Assembly: GCA_963831005.1 (NCBI GenBank)
Contig: CAWHOW010000045.1
Coordinates: forward strand, 9,878 to 73,877
Source of the DNA: an uncultured Bacteroidota bacterium
GTDB taxonomy: Bacteria; Bacteroidota; Bacteroidia; Bacteroidales; CG2-30-32-10
DNA: 64,000 nt
Direction: 5' to 3'
In this document: positions 38,927 to 47,886 of the stretch, in pieces
Layout: every line of letters begins with the position of its first letter
Numbering within the stretch: the stretch's first letter is position 1
The notes under the pieces: generated by a model
The model's input: the letters and a program-made list of their open reading frames with translations, nothing else
Database searches by the model: none
Told to the model about the DNA's origin: nothing
Position numbers and translations under genes: made by a program

Positions 38927-39475
38927 GTTCACTCAGAAAAAGGGTACGTTCACCCAAAATTAGCATATGTTCACGAAGTTTAGTTGGTTTTCCTTGATTT
39001 CGCTGACGTTTTAATGTATTATTGTATCAAACAATCGTTCTTTAACATCCTGATGGTAGTACATTCCCCAAAGCAGGGAGCATTAATATCAGACGTACGT
39101 GTAGTAATTATATCCACGTGGGTAGTGTTTGTATCTACGTCTTCCTTTGCTGCTAGCACATCTTTCGTTACCAGAACTACGTTGTCAGTTACTGCAAAGA
39201 TAGCTTCATTAACAGGAGACAGGTCTTCAATAATGGAAGCTATGGCTTCAATAACTGCAGCTAAGGCTTCAGTAACTGCAAAGATGGCTTCAATAATGGC
39301 AGACAGGTCTTCCATAACTGATGCTACAACTTCAATAACTACAGCTATAATTTCAGTAACTGCGGCTATGACTTCAACAATTGCAGCTATGTCTTCAATC
39401 ACTGCCGCTGTACATACAACAACTGCCGCTATGGATAGCATAACTATTACGACCGCCAAAGATATTAATGTTGTG
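38927..39475 (+). repeat. 21-bp-phased degenerate tandem array 3 (about 26 units, consensus gcttcaataactgcagctaag)
   Basis: The best units lie at 39224..39412. Weak in-phase units run upstream as far as three GTTCAC motifs at 38927, 38948 and 38969 (spacing 21 and 21). The + ORF 38984..39502 (heptads ASITAAK, ASVTAKM) and a - ORF are both open. Confidence 0.85.
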
Positions 39476-39544
39476 ATTTACTGTAATATAACCATCGCTT
39501 AAGTAAAATTAATTAAAGTATTAACAATTAAAAAAACTAAAAAA

Positions 39545-39715
39545 ATGAAAGCAATTATGAAAATGAAGAAAGCCTGCGTAGCATGTGGGTTGGTGTTTGG
39601 TATAGTATTATTAACTATTGCCATAATACCAAAAGTAGTGATCAAAAGGGTCATAGCAGTACTGAATATGAAGAAGCTTAAGAAGGTAGGGGCTTTTGTT
39701 TACGATATCACTTAA
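39545..39715 (+). pseudogene. 56-aa ORF homologous to the N-terminal anchor of 4070..4741 (probable gene fragment or small membrane protein)
   Basis: IAIIPKVVIKRVIAVLNM compares with IAISKPIKVVIKRVIVVLDM in the 4070..4741 product. At DNA level gtagtgatcaaaagggtcatagcagtactgaatatg compares with gtggtaattaaaagggttatagtagtgcttgatatg. The ORF stops shortly afterwards. Confidence 0.5.
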
Positions 39716-39840
39716 CAAAGTTTTTAACTTTCACAATACTTCAGAGGTAAGATCGAAAAAAGTTATTTTTTTAGCAAAAGAGTATGATATCAACACAAAT
39801 ACTCTATATTATATCTAATTTATTGGTTTACAGTTTTTGT

Positions 39841-39848
39841 TAATTTTG
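39841..39848 (+). promoter_or_regulatory. candidate -7 box (TAnnTTTG)
   Basis: TAATTTTG lies 24 nt upstream of the ATG at 39872. Confidence 0.4.
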
Positions 39849-39871
39849 CGAACAAATTAAACTTCAATACA

Positions 39872-40822
39872 ATGAACAAAAGACTTATATTATTTTTTTC
39901 GATAATAATGATAAACTATTTTTCTTTCGGGCAAATAACAGATAAAGAGAAGGAGCTTCTTGCAAAAACTGCCGATACTCTTGATGGCTGGAAAACGGGC
40001 GGTACTTTTACATTTAATTTAAGCCAGCTTTCATTGACCAACTGGGCTGCAGGAGGGCAAAATTCTCTGGGAATTAATGCTCTGGTAAATGTCTTTGCCA
40101 ATTTAAAACATAAGAATTCGGAGTGGGACAATACGCTTGATATGGGTTATGGATTGATACACCAGGGCGGTAAATCCGAGACTTACCAGAAGAGCAACGA
40201 TAACTTCGAATTCAATTCCAAATACGGGCAGAAAGCTTCGAAAAGCTGGTTCTATGCCGCTTTGCTGAACTTTAAAACACAATTCGCACCCGGCTATAAT
40301 TACCCGAACGATAGTGTGAAGATATCCGATTTACTAGCTCCTGCTTACCTGATAGGTGCGTTAGGCATGGATTATAGACCAAATAATGTATTCGATTGTT
40401 TTATTGCGCCGGTTACGGGTAAATTGATAATTGTAAATAATACTACCCTTGCCAACACAGGCGATTTTGGTGTTACCAAGGCCGTTCTTAATGATTCAGG
40501 TAAAGTTATTACTCCCGGTAAGAAGACAAAATTTGAATTTGGCGGATACATTAGGACTTCTTTAACGAAAGACATTATGAAAAATGTTAATCTATATACA
40601 GAAGCAGACTTCTTCTCAAATTATTTACAGAACCCGCAAAACATTGTTGTCAACTGGCAAATGCTTATTTCAATGAAAGTGAATAAATTTATTGCAGCAA
40701 CTTTATCAGCGCAACTTATTTATGATGATAAAGCTAAAATAGTGATTGATTCGAAAGGTGATACAGGTCCCAGAACACAGTTTAAAGAATTGTTCGGAGT
40801 GGGATTTTCTTACAAGTTCTGA
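39872..40822 (+). CDS. DUF3078-like outer-membrane beta-barrel protein
   Basis: Signal peptide, W.TGG.F.FN.SQ.SL.NWAAGGQNS and a C-terminal aromatic residue (SYKF), as recalled for DUF3078. Confidence 0.65.
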   Translation: MNKRLILFFSIIMINYFSFGQITDKEKELLAKTADTLDGWKTGGTFTFNLSQLSLTNWAAGGQNSLGINALVNVFANLKHKNSEWDNTLDMGYGLIHQGGKSETYQKSNDNFEFNSKYGQKASKSWFYAALLNFKTQFAPGYNYPNDSVKISDLLAPAYLIGALGMDYRPNNVFDCFIAPVTGKLIIVNNTTLANTGDFGVTKAVLNDSGKVITPGKKTKFEFGGYIRTSLTKDIMKNVNLYTEADFFSNYLQNPQNIVVNWQMLISMKVNKFIAATLSAQLIYDDKAKIVIDSKGDTGPRTQFKELFGVGFSYKF

Positions 40823-40852
40823 TAATTATAAGCACTAATAAATTCATTGATC

Positions 40853-43102
40853 ATGACCAAATCAGCAAATATCATAGATAGGGTAAGCAATTTAAAAAGT
40901 CTTATTAAGCCCGAAGATAACAGACACATATGGCAATTTTCGCGTGTAGGTGGAGTTAACAGGGTGAACCTTGAAACAGGTATGGACCTTGTTTCGCTTG
41001 AACACCTTGACCAAAAACTATGGACTGCATTAAGCTGCCCTGTTCACGGAATGGAGATTGATTCAAAGACTCTTGAGTTAATTGATAAGGATAAGGACGA
41101 CAGAATAAGGGTACCCGATATACTTGAAGCAGTAAAATGGCTTACTTCGCTTGTTAAAAACCCTGACGATTTGGTTAAGGAAAACCAAAGCCTACCTCTT
41201 TCTGCCATTAACGACAGCGGTGAAGAAGGGAAGAAATTACTTACTTCTGCCCATCAGATATTGACAAATTTGGGAAGACCTGATGATGAAGAAATATCTG
41301 TGGAAGAAACTTCCGACAGGGATAAAATCTTTGCCAATACTAAATTAAACGGAGATGGCATTATAACAGAAGATTCGTCAGATGATGAAAATATAAAGAA
41401 ACTCATCAATGAAATTATTTCCTGCATGGGCTCGGCAACAGATCTCAATGGCAAACAGGGTATTTCAATTGACCATATCACTGACTTTTATCAGAACTGT
41501 GTAGATTATTCTAACTGGTATACAAAAGCAGAAGCCGATCTGAAAAAGATTTTGCCCTATGGCGATTCTACGGATGCTGCATATGCATCGTTCACTGCTG
41601 TTAAGTCTAAAATTGAAGATTATTTCCTGAGATGCCGTTTAGCTGATTTTGATGCGGATTCCGCAGGAATCTTAAATTCTCTCAATTCAAGATATGAAGG
41701 AATAATAGTTAAGGATCTAACTTCATGCATTGATGAAATTGCTGCTTTTCCGCTTACTAAGATCGAAGCCCAAAAGCCACTATCTCTTACCAAAGCCATT
41801 AATCCGGCATGGGAAAAAGCAATTGATGACTTCAAGGAATTAGTTGTTAAACCCGAATTTTTAGATAAGGCAAACCTTACAGAAGCTGATTTAAGTATTA
41901 TTATTGGCAGGTTTGTTGATTACTGCAAATGGCAAACTGAGAAGAGTGGTGTTGCTGTTGAAAAATTGGGATTGATGCGCATACGTGAATTATTGGCAGG
42001 CAATTCGAAAGAGATGCTTTGCTCATTGATAGAGCAGGACAAAGCGCTGGAGGATAACACAAATAATATTTTCCTGGTTGATAAATTAGTAAGGTATTAC
42101 CGCGACCTATATACTTTGCTAAAAAACTATGTTACATTCTATGATTTTTATAAGCCGGAATCAAAAGCGATATTTCAGGTAGGCAGCTTGTATATTGATC
42201 AGCGTTCCTGCGACCTTTGCATAAAAGTGAGTGATATGAGCAAACATAACTCACTTGCTGGTTCAAGTGGAATCTGCCTTATTTATTGCAACTGTTTTTC
42301 GAAGTTAAAGAATGAGAAAATGACCATTGTGGCTGCTCTGACCGATGGTAATATTGATAACCTTTCAGTGGGAAGAAATGCAATATTTTACGACAGGAAA
42401 GGCGACGACTGGGATGCTACTATTGTTAAAATTGTTGACAATCCGATAAGCATCAGGCAGGCATTCTGGTCGCCATACAGGAAGGTTTCCAAATTCATTT
42501 CTACGCAGATTGAAAAAGTTGCTTCGGCTAAAGAGAAGGAAGTGCATGCAACAACTACATCCCATATTGAAAAGACAAGCGATAAGGTAGATACCGGAAT
42601 AAAAGAATCTATGAAAGCAACTCCTGTGGAGGCAGCTCCAGCGCCACAGCAACCATTTGATATTGGAAAGTTTGTAGGGATATTTGCAGCTATCAGTCTT
42701 GCTCTTGGAGCTATTGGCTCCGTTGTAGCATCAATATTAACAGGCTTTTTCGGACTGGCATGGTGGAAAATGCCGCTTGCAGTGGTTGGCATTATCATTT
42801 GTATTTCAGGTCCGTCAATGATACTGGCATGGCTTAAATTGAGAAAAAGAAACCTTGCACCTTTATTAGATGCAAATGGATGGGCAATTAATGCACGTGC
42901 CACCATCAACATACCTTTTGGAAATACCTTGACTCATATTGCAGCCTTACCTGTTAATTCAAAACTAAACCTTGTTGATCCTTTTTCAAAAAAGAAAAGA
43001 CCGCTTTTCCCAATTTTAATAATTCTGATTATTGCACTGAGCATTGCCACATATCTGCTATGGCATTTCGGAATTTTAGATAAATGGGGGATTTTACGTT
43101 AA
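40853..43102 (+). CDS. hypothetical large protein with C-terminal transmembrane region
   Basis: About 750 aa. The soluble N-terminal part has an EF-hand-like DKDKDDRIRVPD, and 3-4 hydrophobic helices sit near the C-terminus. No family recognised. Confidence 0.6.
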   Translation: MTKSANIIDRVSNLKSLIKPEDNRHIWQFSRVGGVNRVNLETGMDLVSLEHLDQKLWTALSCPVHGMEIDSKTLELIDKDKDDRIRVPDILEAVKWLTSLVKNPDDLVKENQSLPLSAINDSGEEGKKLLTSAHQILTNLGRPDDEEISVEETSDRDKIFANTKLNGDGIITEDSSDDENIKKLINEIISCMGSATDLNGKQGISIDHITDFYQNCVDYSNWYTKAEADLKKILPYGDSTDAAYASFTAVKSKIEDYFLRCRLADFDADSAGILNSLNSRYEGIIVKDLTSCIDEIAAFPLTKIEAQKPLSLTKAINPAWEKAIDDFKELVVKPEFLDKANLTEADLSIIIGRFVDYCKWQTEKSGVAVEKLGLMRIRELLAGNSKEMLCSLIEQDKALEDNTNNIFLVDKLVRYYRDLYTLLKNYVTFYDFYKPESKAIFQVGSLYIDQRSCDLCIKVSDMSKHNSLAGSSGICLIYCNCFSKLKNEKMTIVAALTDGNIDNLSVGRNAIFYDRKGDDWDATIVKIVDNPISIRQAFWSPYRKVSKFISTQIEKVASAKEKEVHATTTSHIEKTSDKVDTGIKESMKATPVEAAPAPQQPFDIGKFVGIFAAISLALGAIGSVVASILTGFFGLAWWKMPLAVVGIIICISGPSMILAWLKLRKRNLAPLLDANGWAINARATINIPFGNTLTHIAALPVNSKLNLVDPFSKKKRPLFPILIILIIALSIATYLLWHFGILDKWGILR

Positions 43103-43411
43103 CTTTTATTTCAAGTGAATTTAGGTTATATTACAACAGCTGTTTCTTGGATGTTAGCTTTGTAAAATGAATTTGATTCAGATTTATTTAAAAAGCTAAA
43201 AGGGAAACATCTTTTTTCTTTGCAAGACATTTTAAAAAGAAAAAAGATTGGGTATAAGACATTCAAAAATGTATATCTGTCACTAAAGCCTAAGTGCTTC
43301 ATCCCTGATTTCAAGAGAAAGTATGAAAAAGAGAACTGATATTTTATAATGCATCCGTTGAAAACCCTTATTTTGAAATCTACAACAAGTTTCTGATGCG
43401 GTGGATGCAGC

Positions 43412-43456
43412 ATAAAGAAAAATCACACATTATGTGTGACACATTTTGTGTGATAT
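43412..43456 (-). terminator. probable rho-independent terminator of the xanthine-dehydrogenase operon
   Basis: Palindromes tcacacattatgtgtga and cacattttgtg. On the minus strand the hairpin is followed by tttttcttt, about 70 nt downstream of the stop at 43525. Confidence 0.5.
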
Positions 43457-43524
43457 TGTTTTGCTAAGTAAACTATGGGAAAGAACATTCTGAAAATTTA
43501 CTAGTGTAGTACACTGAAACTTAC

Positions 43525-43980
43525 TTATTCAACAACTGCTTTCACCGCATTCATTATAGGAATATACCCTGTGCAGCGGCAAAGATTTCCTTCAAGGGCT
43601 TCTTTAATTTCAGCTTCAGTTGGGTTGGGTCTCGCATCGAGCAAAGCTTTAGCACTCATCAGCATACCGGGTGTACAGAATCCACATTGTACAGCGCCAA
43701 ACTTCAAGAACGATTCCTGCAGTTTGGAAAGGACATCATTCTTTTCAATATTTTCAATGGTTTCAATAACGGCATCCTGTAACTGTCCTGCAAGCACCAG
43801 GCAGGAGCATATTGCTTCGCCATTCATAATTACTGTACATGCGCCGCATTCGCCAACACCACAGCCTTCCTTGGTTCCTGTTAATCCTAGTGTATCTCTT
43901 AAAACATCAAGCAGGCGGAGGGAATCATCAACATCAAGCTGGTGGATCTTATTATTTACAGTAATTTTTATTTTTGACAT
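43525..43980 (-). CDS. (2Fe-2S)-binding small subunit of a xanthine dehydrogenase-family enzyme
   Basis: GCGVGECGACTV (plant-type cluster) and CGFCTPG...CRCTGY (second cluster) motifs. Confidence 0.92.
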   Translation of the reverse strand: MSKIKITVNNKIHQLDVDDSLRLLDVLRDTLGLTGTKEGCGVGECGACTVIMNGEAICSCLVLAGQLQDAVIETIENIEKNDVLSKLQESFLKFGAVQCGFCTPGMLMSAKALLDARPNPTEAEIKEALEGNLCRCTGYIPIMNAVKAVVE

Positions 43981-43997
43981 AATGTTTTTCTTATTTC

Positions 43998-44179
43998 GTT
44001 CCTGACGGAACTTTTAATTAATAGGTTTATGTTTTCTACCGATGTTATGTTCCTAACGGAACAGCTTATAATTGACTTTATTAATTTTGAATCTTCAAAC
44101 TTTTATTCTTTTTGTCCCGTTAGGGACAAGATATTGGTAAAAAAGCAACAAATAAAAAATATTAAGTGCCGTTAGGCAC
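43998..44179. repeat. cluster of four REP-like 14-nt hairpins (GTnCC-NNNN-GGnAC)
   Basis: gttcctgacggaac (43998), gttcctaacggaac (44049), gtcccgttagggac (44114) and gtgccgttaggcac (44166). The first two and the last two are in opposite orientation. All lie immediately 3' of the Y1-transposase-like gene. Confidence 0.8.
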
Positions 44180-44186
44180 GAAATAA

Positions 44187-44652
44187 TTAATCCAAAACTG
44201 ATTTGAAAATAAAACGTTCATCATAATTTATTTCAAAACTTTCAAGCAGCTCTTTATATTCATCAATAAACTTTTTCTTTTTATGATGCTCTTTCTGATT
44301 CATGATGTAATTAACAACAGTTGGTAATTGTGATTTGCTATACGAAAATGCACCATAGCCTTCTTGCCATGAAAAATGTCCCCTGAAAACTTTCTTTTCA
44401 TTAATCCATTTTGAAGAGCTGCCCTTAATGTCTTGCAGCAGATCAGATAAAGATTGTACGGGTCGCATTCCAAATAATACATGAATATGATCGGTACGCC
44501 CTGTTTATTGCTAATGGTTTATGGTTATTTGTTTTAATTATACCCATGATATATTTGAATAACTCTTCTTCCAGACTTTGTGAAATAAGGCATTCTCTGT
44601 TCTGAACAGCAAAAACAGCATGTATATGAATTTGAGTGAAAGTGTTGGCCAT
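44187..44652 (-). pseudogene. IS200/IS605-type Y1 transposase (RAYT-like), disrupted by a 1-nt frameshift
   Basis: ORF 44443..44652 (MANTFTQIHIHAVFAVQNRE...AIN) and ORF 44187..44468 read as one protein. Shifting frame near 44499..44505 (aacaggg) restores ..DHIHVLFGMRPVQSLSDLLQDIKGSSSKWINE. Confidence 0.8.
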
Positions 44653-44661
44653 AAACCTTTC

Positions 44662-47600
44662 TTACCTTTTAATTTTTACTAAGATCTCTTTTAAGATATC
44701 CTTACAGATGTTAATGAAAACCGGTGTTTTATATTCCGACGACCAGCGAGTTCCAATAGCAGAATCAATAATGTTTTGCAGAGATGTTTCAATTTCATCT
44801 ATCAGTGATTCGGTAAGTTTTTTACCGATAAATAATTGTTCAATTTCATCAATGCGTTTTGGTTTGTCAAACAAGGAACCTGCTGCGATCCTGCATTCTT
44901 CGATATTATTTTCTTTATCGAATGCGATCATTGCACCCACGCTCATACGTGTAATATTTACGGCATTTCTTCTTCCCAATTGATAATAACTATGGTGAAA
45001 TTTCTTTTGAGGAAGAGGAATAACTATAGCAGTAAGTATCTCGCTTGGTTTTATCTGTGTCTGGTAATTTTTTACAATAAAATCTTTAATCGGAATTTCT
45101 CTTAGTCCATCTATAGATTGTAAAATAACTTTGGCATCATATATTACAAGAGGGGGTACGGAGTCGGCGCAGGGAGCGGCATTAACAATATTACCGCCTA
45201 AAGTCGCCCTGTTCCTGATCTGCTTGGAACCTATCAGAGAACAAGCTTCCACAAGTATAGGATAATTCTTTATTATTGCTTTATTCGATATAATTGAATT
45301 TACCGATGCTGCACTTCCAATTACGATAGATTCTTTTGTTTTCTTGATTTTTTTCAGCTCCTGCAATTGAGAAATGTCGAGTAATTTTTCAGCATCATTT
45401 CTTTTTCTTAATTCCACAATTATATCTGTCCCGCCCGAAATTAATTTATATTCTTCTGAAACCAGAGTAAGTGCTTTCTTTAATGTTTTCGGACTTAGCA
45501 TTGAAATGTTTGAAACGCGTGGTGCATTTTTCCTTTTACCTATACAAAGTCCGGCTTCGCTCTGCCTGCTTGGTTTTGACAGATGTTTCCCAAGGAACAC
45601 CCTTTCAAGTGTAAGAGGTATTTGATAAAAGTTTTTTCCGGTCGCAAATTTCACAGCATTGTTAATTGCTGCTGAGGCAAGTTCCAGTGTGGGTTCGCCT
45701 ATGCTCTTTGCGCCGAAAGGACCGTATTTATCCTCGTTTTCAACAAGTATTGCTTCTATAACAGGAATGTCTTTAATTGTTGGAAGCAGGTATTCATCAA
45801 GGTTAGGCGATTTTACAATTCCCTTTTGAATATTAAAATCCTCCAGTATTGCATAGCCGATTCCCTGTGCAATGCCGCCATAAACCTGTCCTTCAATGCC
45901 AAGTTTGTTGATCACCTTACCAACATCATGAGCAGCCGTAACCTTTAATACTTCCAGTTTTCCTGTTGAAGTATCAACTTTTATTTCAGCTACCTGGCAG
46001 GCATACACATAAGTGAAATAAGCATTTCCTTGTCCGGTTTCTTCGTGCCAGCTCACATCAGGAGCTTTGAACCAGCCATAAGCAGAAAGATTGACTCCCG
46101 CCCTGAATGATCTCTCAACAGCTTTCTCAAAGGATATCGGATATATTCCCGGTAGAGGTTCTTTAAGTGAAATCATTCCATTGCTCCATTCTGTTTCACT
46201 GGTTTCGGAAGCTTTCAGATCATCTTTTATAACTTTGAAAATGGCATTCTTAATTTTTTGTGCTGCATCAATCACTGCATTACCGCCAGTTAGGGTTCCT
46301 CTGGAAGCAACTGTCGGCCCACCATCTGGAACAGATGCTGTTTGAGGTTCCAGGAAAAGCACATTCTCAAATTTTACTCCCAATATTTCAGCTGCGATCT
46401 GACAAAAAGTTGTTCGCAGACCCTGTCCATTTTCGTTTAGTCCTGCTAATACATAAATACTGCCATCAGCCTGAACGGAAACAATGGCAGAAGTGGCATC
46501 TGTGCCTTCGGCGCCTAATGAGCATCCTCTGTAGCTGCAGGCAAAACCTATTCCGTATTTATATCTTTCACTTGTACTATTTAATTTCTTGAAATCTTCA
46601 AGTTTTTTTGCGTAAGCGGATCTTTCAATGGCAATATCTATCACTTCATCAAGAGCAACCTTATGTTCTGAAAGTACCTGTCCGCTTGCAGTAACACTGC
46701 CTTGCTTAAAACCATTGAGCTTGCGAATTTCAAGCGGAGATAAATTGCAAATAGCTGCAATCTCATCCATCAGCGATTCCTGTGCAAAAATGATCTGTGG
46801 AGAACCGAAACCCCTGAATGCTGCGGTATAAGTGTTGTTCGTATAAACGCTGCGAATATCTGTCTGAACGTTTTCTATTTCATAGGGGCCGGTAGCCTGG
46901 ACAACAGAGCGCCAGGTAACAAAAAAACTTTGAGATGAATATGCACCACTATCAGCAATGATATCAATCTTCATTGCTTTTAGCTTACCATTATTATTAA
47001 ATCCAACTTTATAATTTAAAATGTACGGATGGCGTTTATAGCTTTCCTTTATTGATTCCTCTCTTGTGTAGGTTAATTTTACAGGCTTCCCCGTGATCTT
47101 TGAAAGTAAGGCGCAACGACAGGCCATACAATTGATGATGTCATCTTTACCGCCAAAAGAACCACCAAGTGTAGAGCCAAATACATTCACCTGGTTTAAA
47201 TTCAAACCCATAAATGCAGCAACCATTTTTCTTGTGGTAAAAGGATTTTGTATAGAACCATACACTTTACATCCCTTTGATGCCGGGTCAGGCACAACTG
47301 TTATAGTTTCGGGTTCAATGTAAGCATGTTCGTGAAAACCTGTTCTGTATTCTTTTTCAATGATCTGATCTGATTCAGCAAAACCTTTTTCAACATCTCC
47401 TTTTACCAGAGGGTAATGATTTACAACATTGCTTTTAAAATCAGGATGTATCGGGCGCGCTGTTGGTTTGATAGCTTCTGCGGGATCGAATATTCCCTCA
47501 ATAGGGTCATAAGTAATGTCAATAGCATCAGCAGCTGCACAAGCCTGTTCCCTTGTTTTGGCGGCAACGATAGCAATGACATCTCCAATATAAAAAACCT

Positions 47601-47871
47601 CATCATCCACTAATACGTAATGATCCTGGCGGATTGGACCTATGCGTTTCTTCCCCGTAATATCCTTAAAAAGAGCAATGGCTTCAACCCCTTCCATTTT
47701 CTCTGCCTTGGATACATCTATGTTCTTGATCTTACCGGCAGGTATATCAGTATAGCGATTTGCAACATGCAATAATCCATGCAACTTGATATCGTCACCA
47801 TACAATGTTTTCCCAGTCACTTTTTCGTAACCATCAACGCGGGTTACTTCTTTCCCAATTATATTATGCAT
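44662..47871 (-). CDS. xanthine dehydrogenase-family protein, molybdopterin-binding subunit fused to FAD-binding subunit
   Basis: The N-terminal about 760 aa hold the a/b-hammerhead and MoCo domains (VDGYEKVTGK, GGSFGGK, GEPT). The C-terminal about 290 aa hold the FAD-binding PCMH domain (LISGGTDIIVELR, ATLGGNIVNAAPCADS) plus the CO-dehydrogenase flavoprotein C-terminal domain. Confidence 0.9.
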   Translation of the reverse strand: MHNIIGKEVTRVDGYEKVTGKTLYGDDIKLHGLLHVANRYTDIPAGKIKNIDVSKAEKMEGVEAIALFKDITGKKRIGPIRQDHYVLVDDEVFYIGDVIAIVAAKTREQACAAADAIDITYDPIEGIFDPAEAIKPTARPIHPDFKSNVVNHYPLVKGDVEKGFAESDQIIEKEYRTGFHEHAYIEPETITVVPDPASKGCKVYGSIQNPFTTRKMVAAFMGLNLNQVNVFGSTLGGSFGGKDDIINCMACRCALLSKITGKPVKLTYTREESIKESYKRHPYILNYKVGFNNNGKLKAMKIDIIADSGAYSSQSFFVTWRSVVQATGPYEIENVQTDIRSVYTNNTYTAAFRGFGSPQIIFAQESLMDEIAAICNLSPLEIRKLNGFKQGSVTASGQVLSEHKVALDEVIDIAIERSAYAKKLEDFKKLNSTSERYKYGIGFACSYRGCSLGAEGTDATSAIVSVQADGSIYVLAGLNENGQGLRTTFCQIAAEILGVKFENVLFLEPQTASVPDGGPTVASRGTLTGGNAVIDAAQKIKNAIFKVIKDDLKASETSETEWSNGMISLKEPLPGIYPISFEKAVERSFRAGVNLSAYGWFKAPDVSWHEETGQGNAYFTYVYACQVAEIKVDTSTGKLEVLKVTAAHDVGKVINKLGIEGQVYGGIAQGIGYAILEDFNIQKGIVKSPNLDEYLLPTIKDIPVIEAILVENEDKYGPFGAKSIGEPTLELASAAINNAVKFATGKNFYQIPLTLERVFLGKHLSKPSRQSEAGLCIGKRKNAPRVSNISMLSPKTLKKALTLVSEEYKLISGGTDIIVELRKRNDAEKLLDISQLQELKKIKKTKESIVIGSAASVNSIISNKAIIKNYPILVEACSLIGSKQIRNRATLGGNIVNAAPCADSVPPLVIYDAKVILQSIDGLREIPIKDFIVKNYQTQIKPSEILTAIVIPLPQKKFHHSYYQLGRRNAVNITRMSVGAMIAFDKENNIEECRIAAGSLFDKPKRIDEIEQLFIGKKLTESLIDEIETSLQNIIDSAIGTRWSSEYKTPVFINICKDILKEILVKIKR

Positions 47872-47886
47872 GTTTGCTTATTTTCT

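Noticed and set aside
43126-43413. 95-aa minus-strand ORF in the spacer between the 751-aa gene and the XDH operon
   Set aside because: It lies in an AT-rich spacer downstream of two convergent transcription units, begins beyond a probable terminator, and has no recognisable motif.
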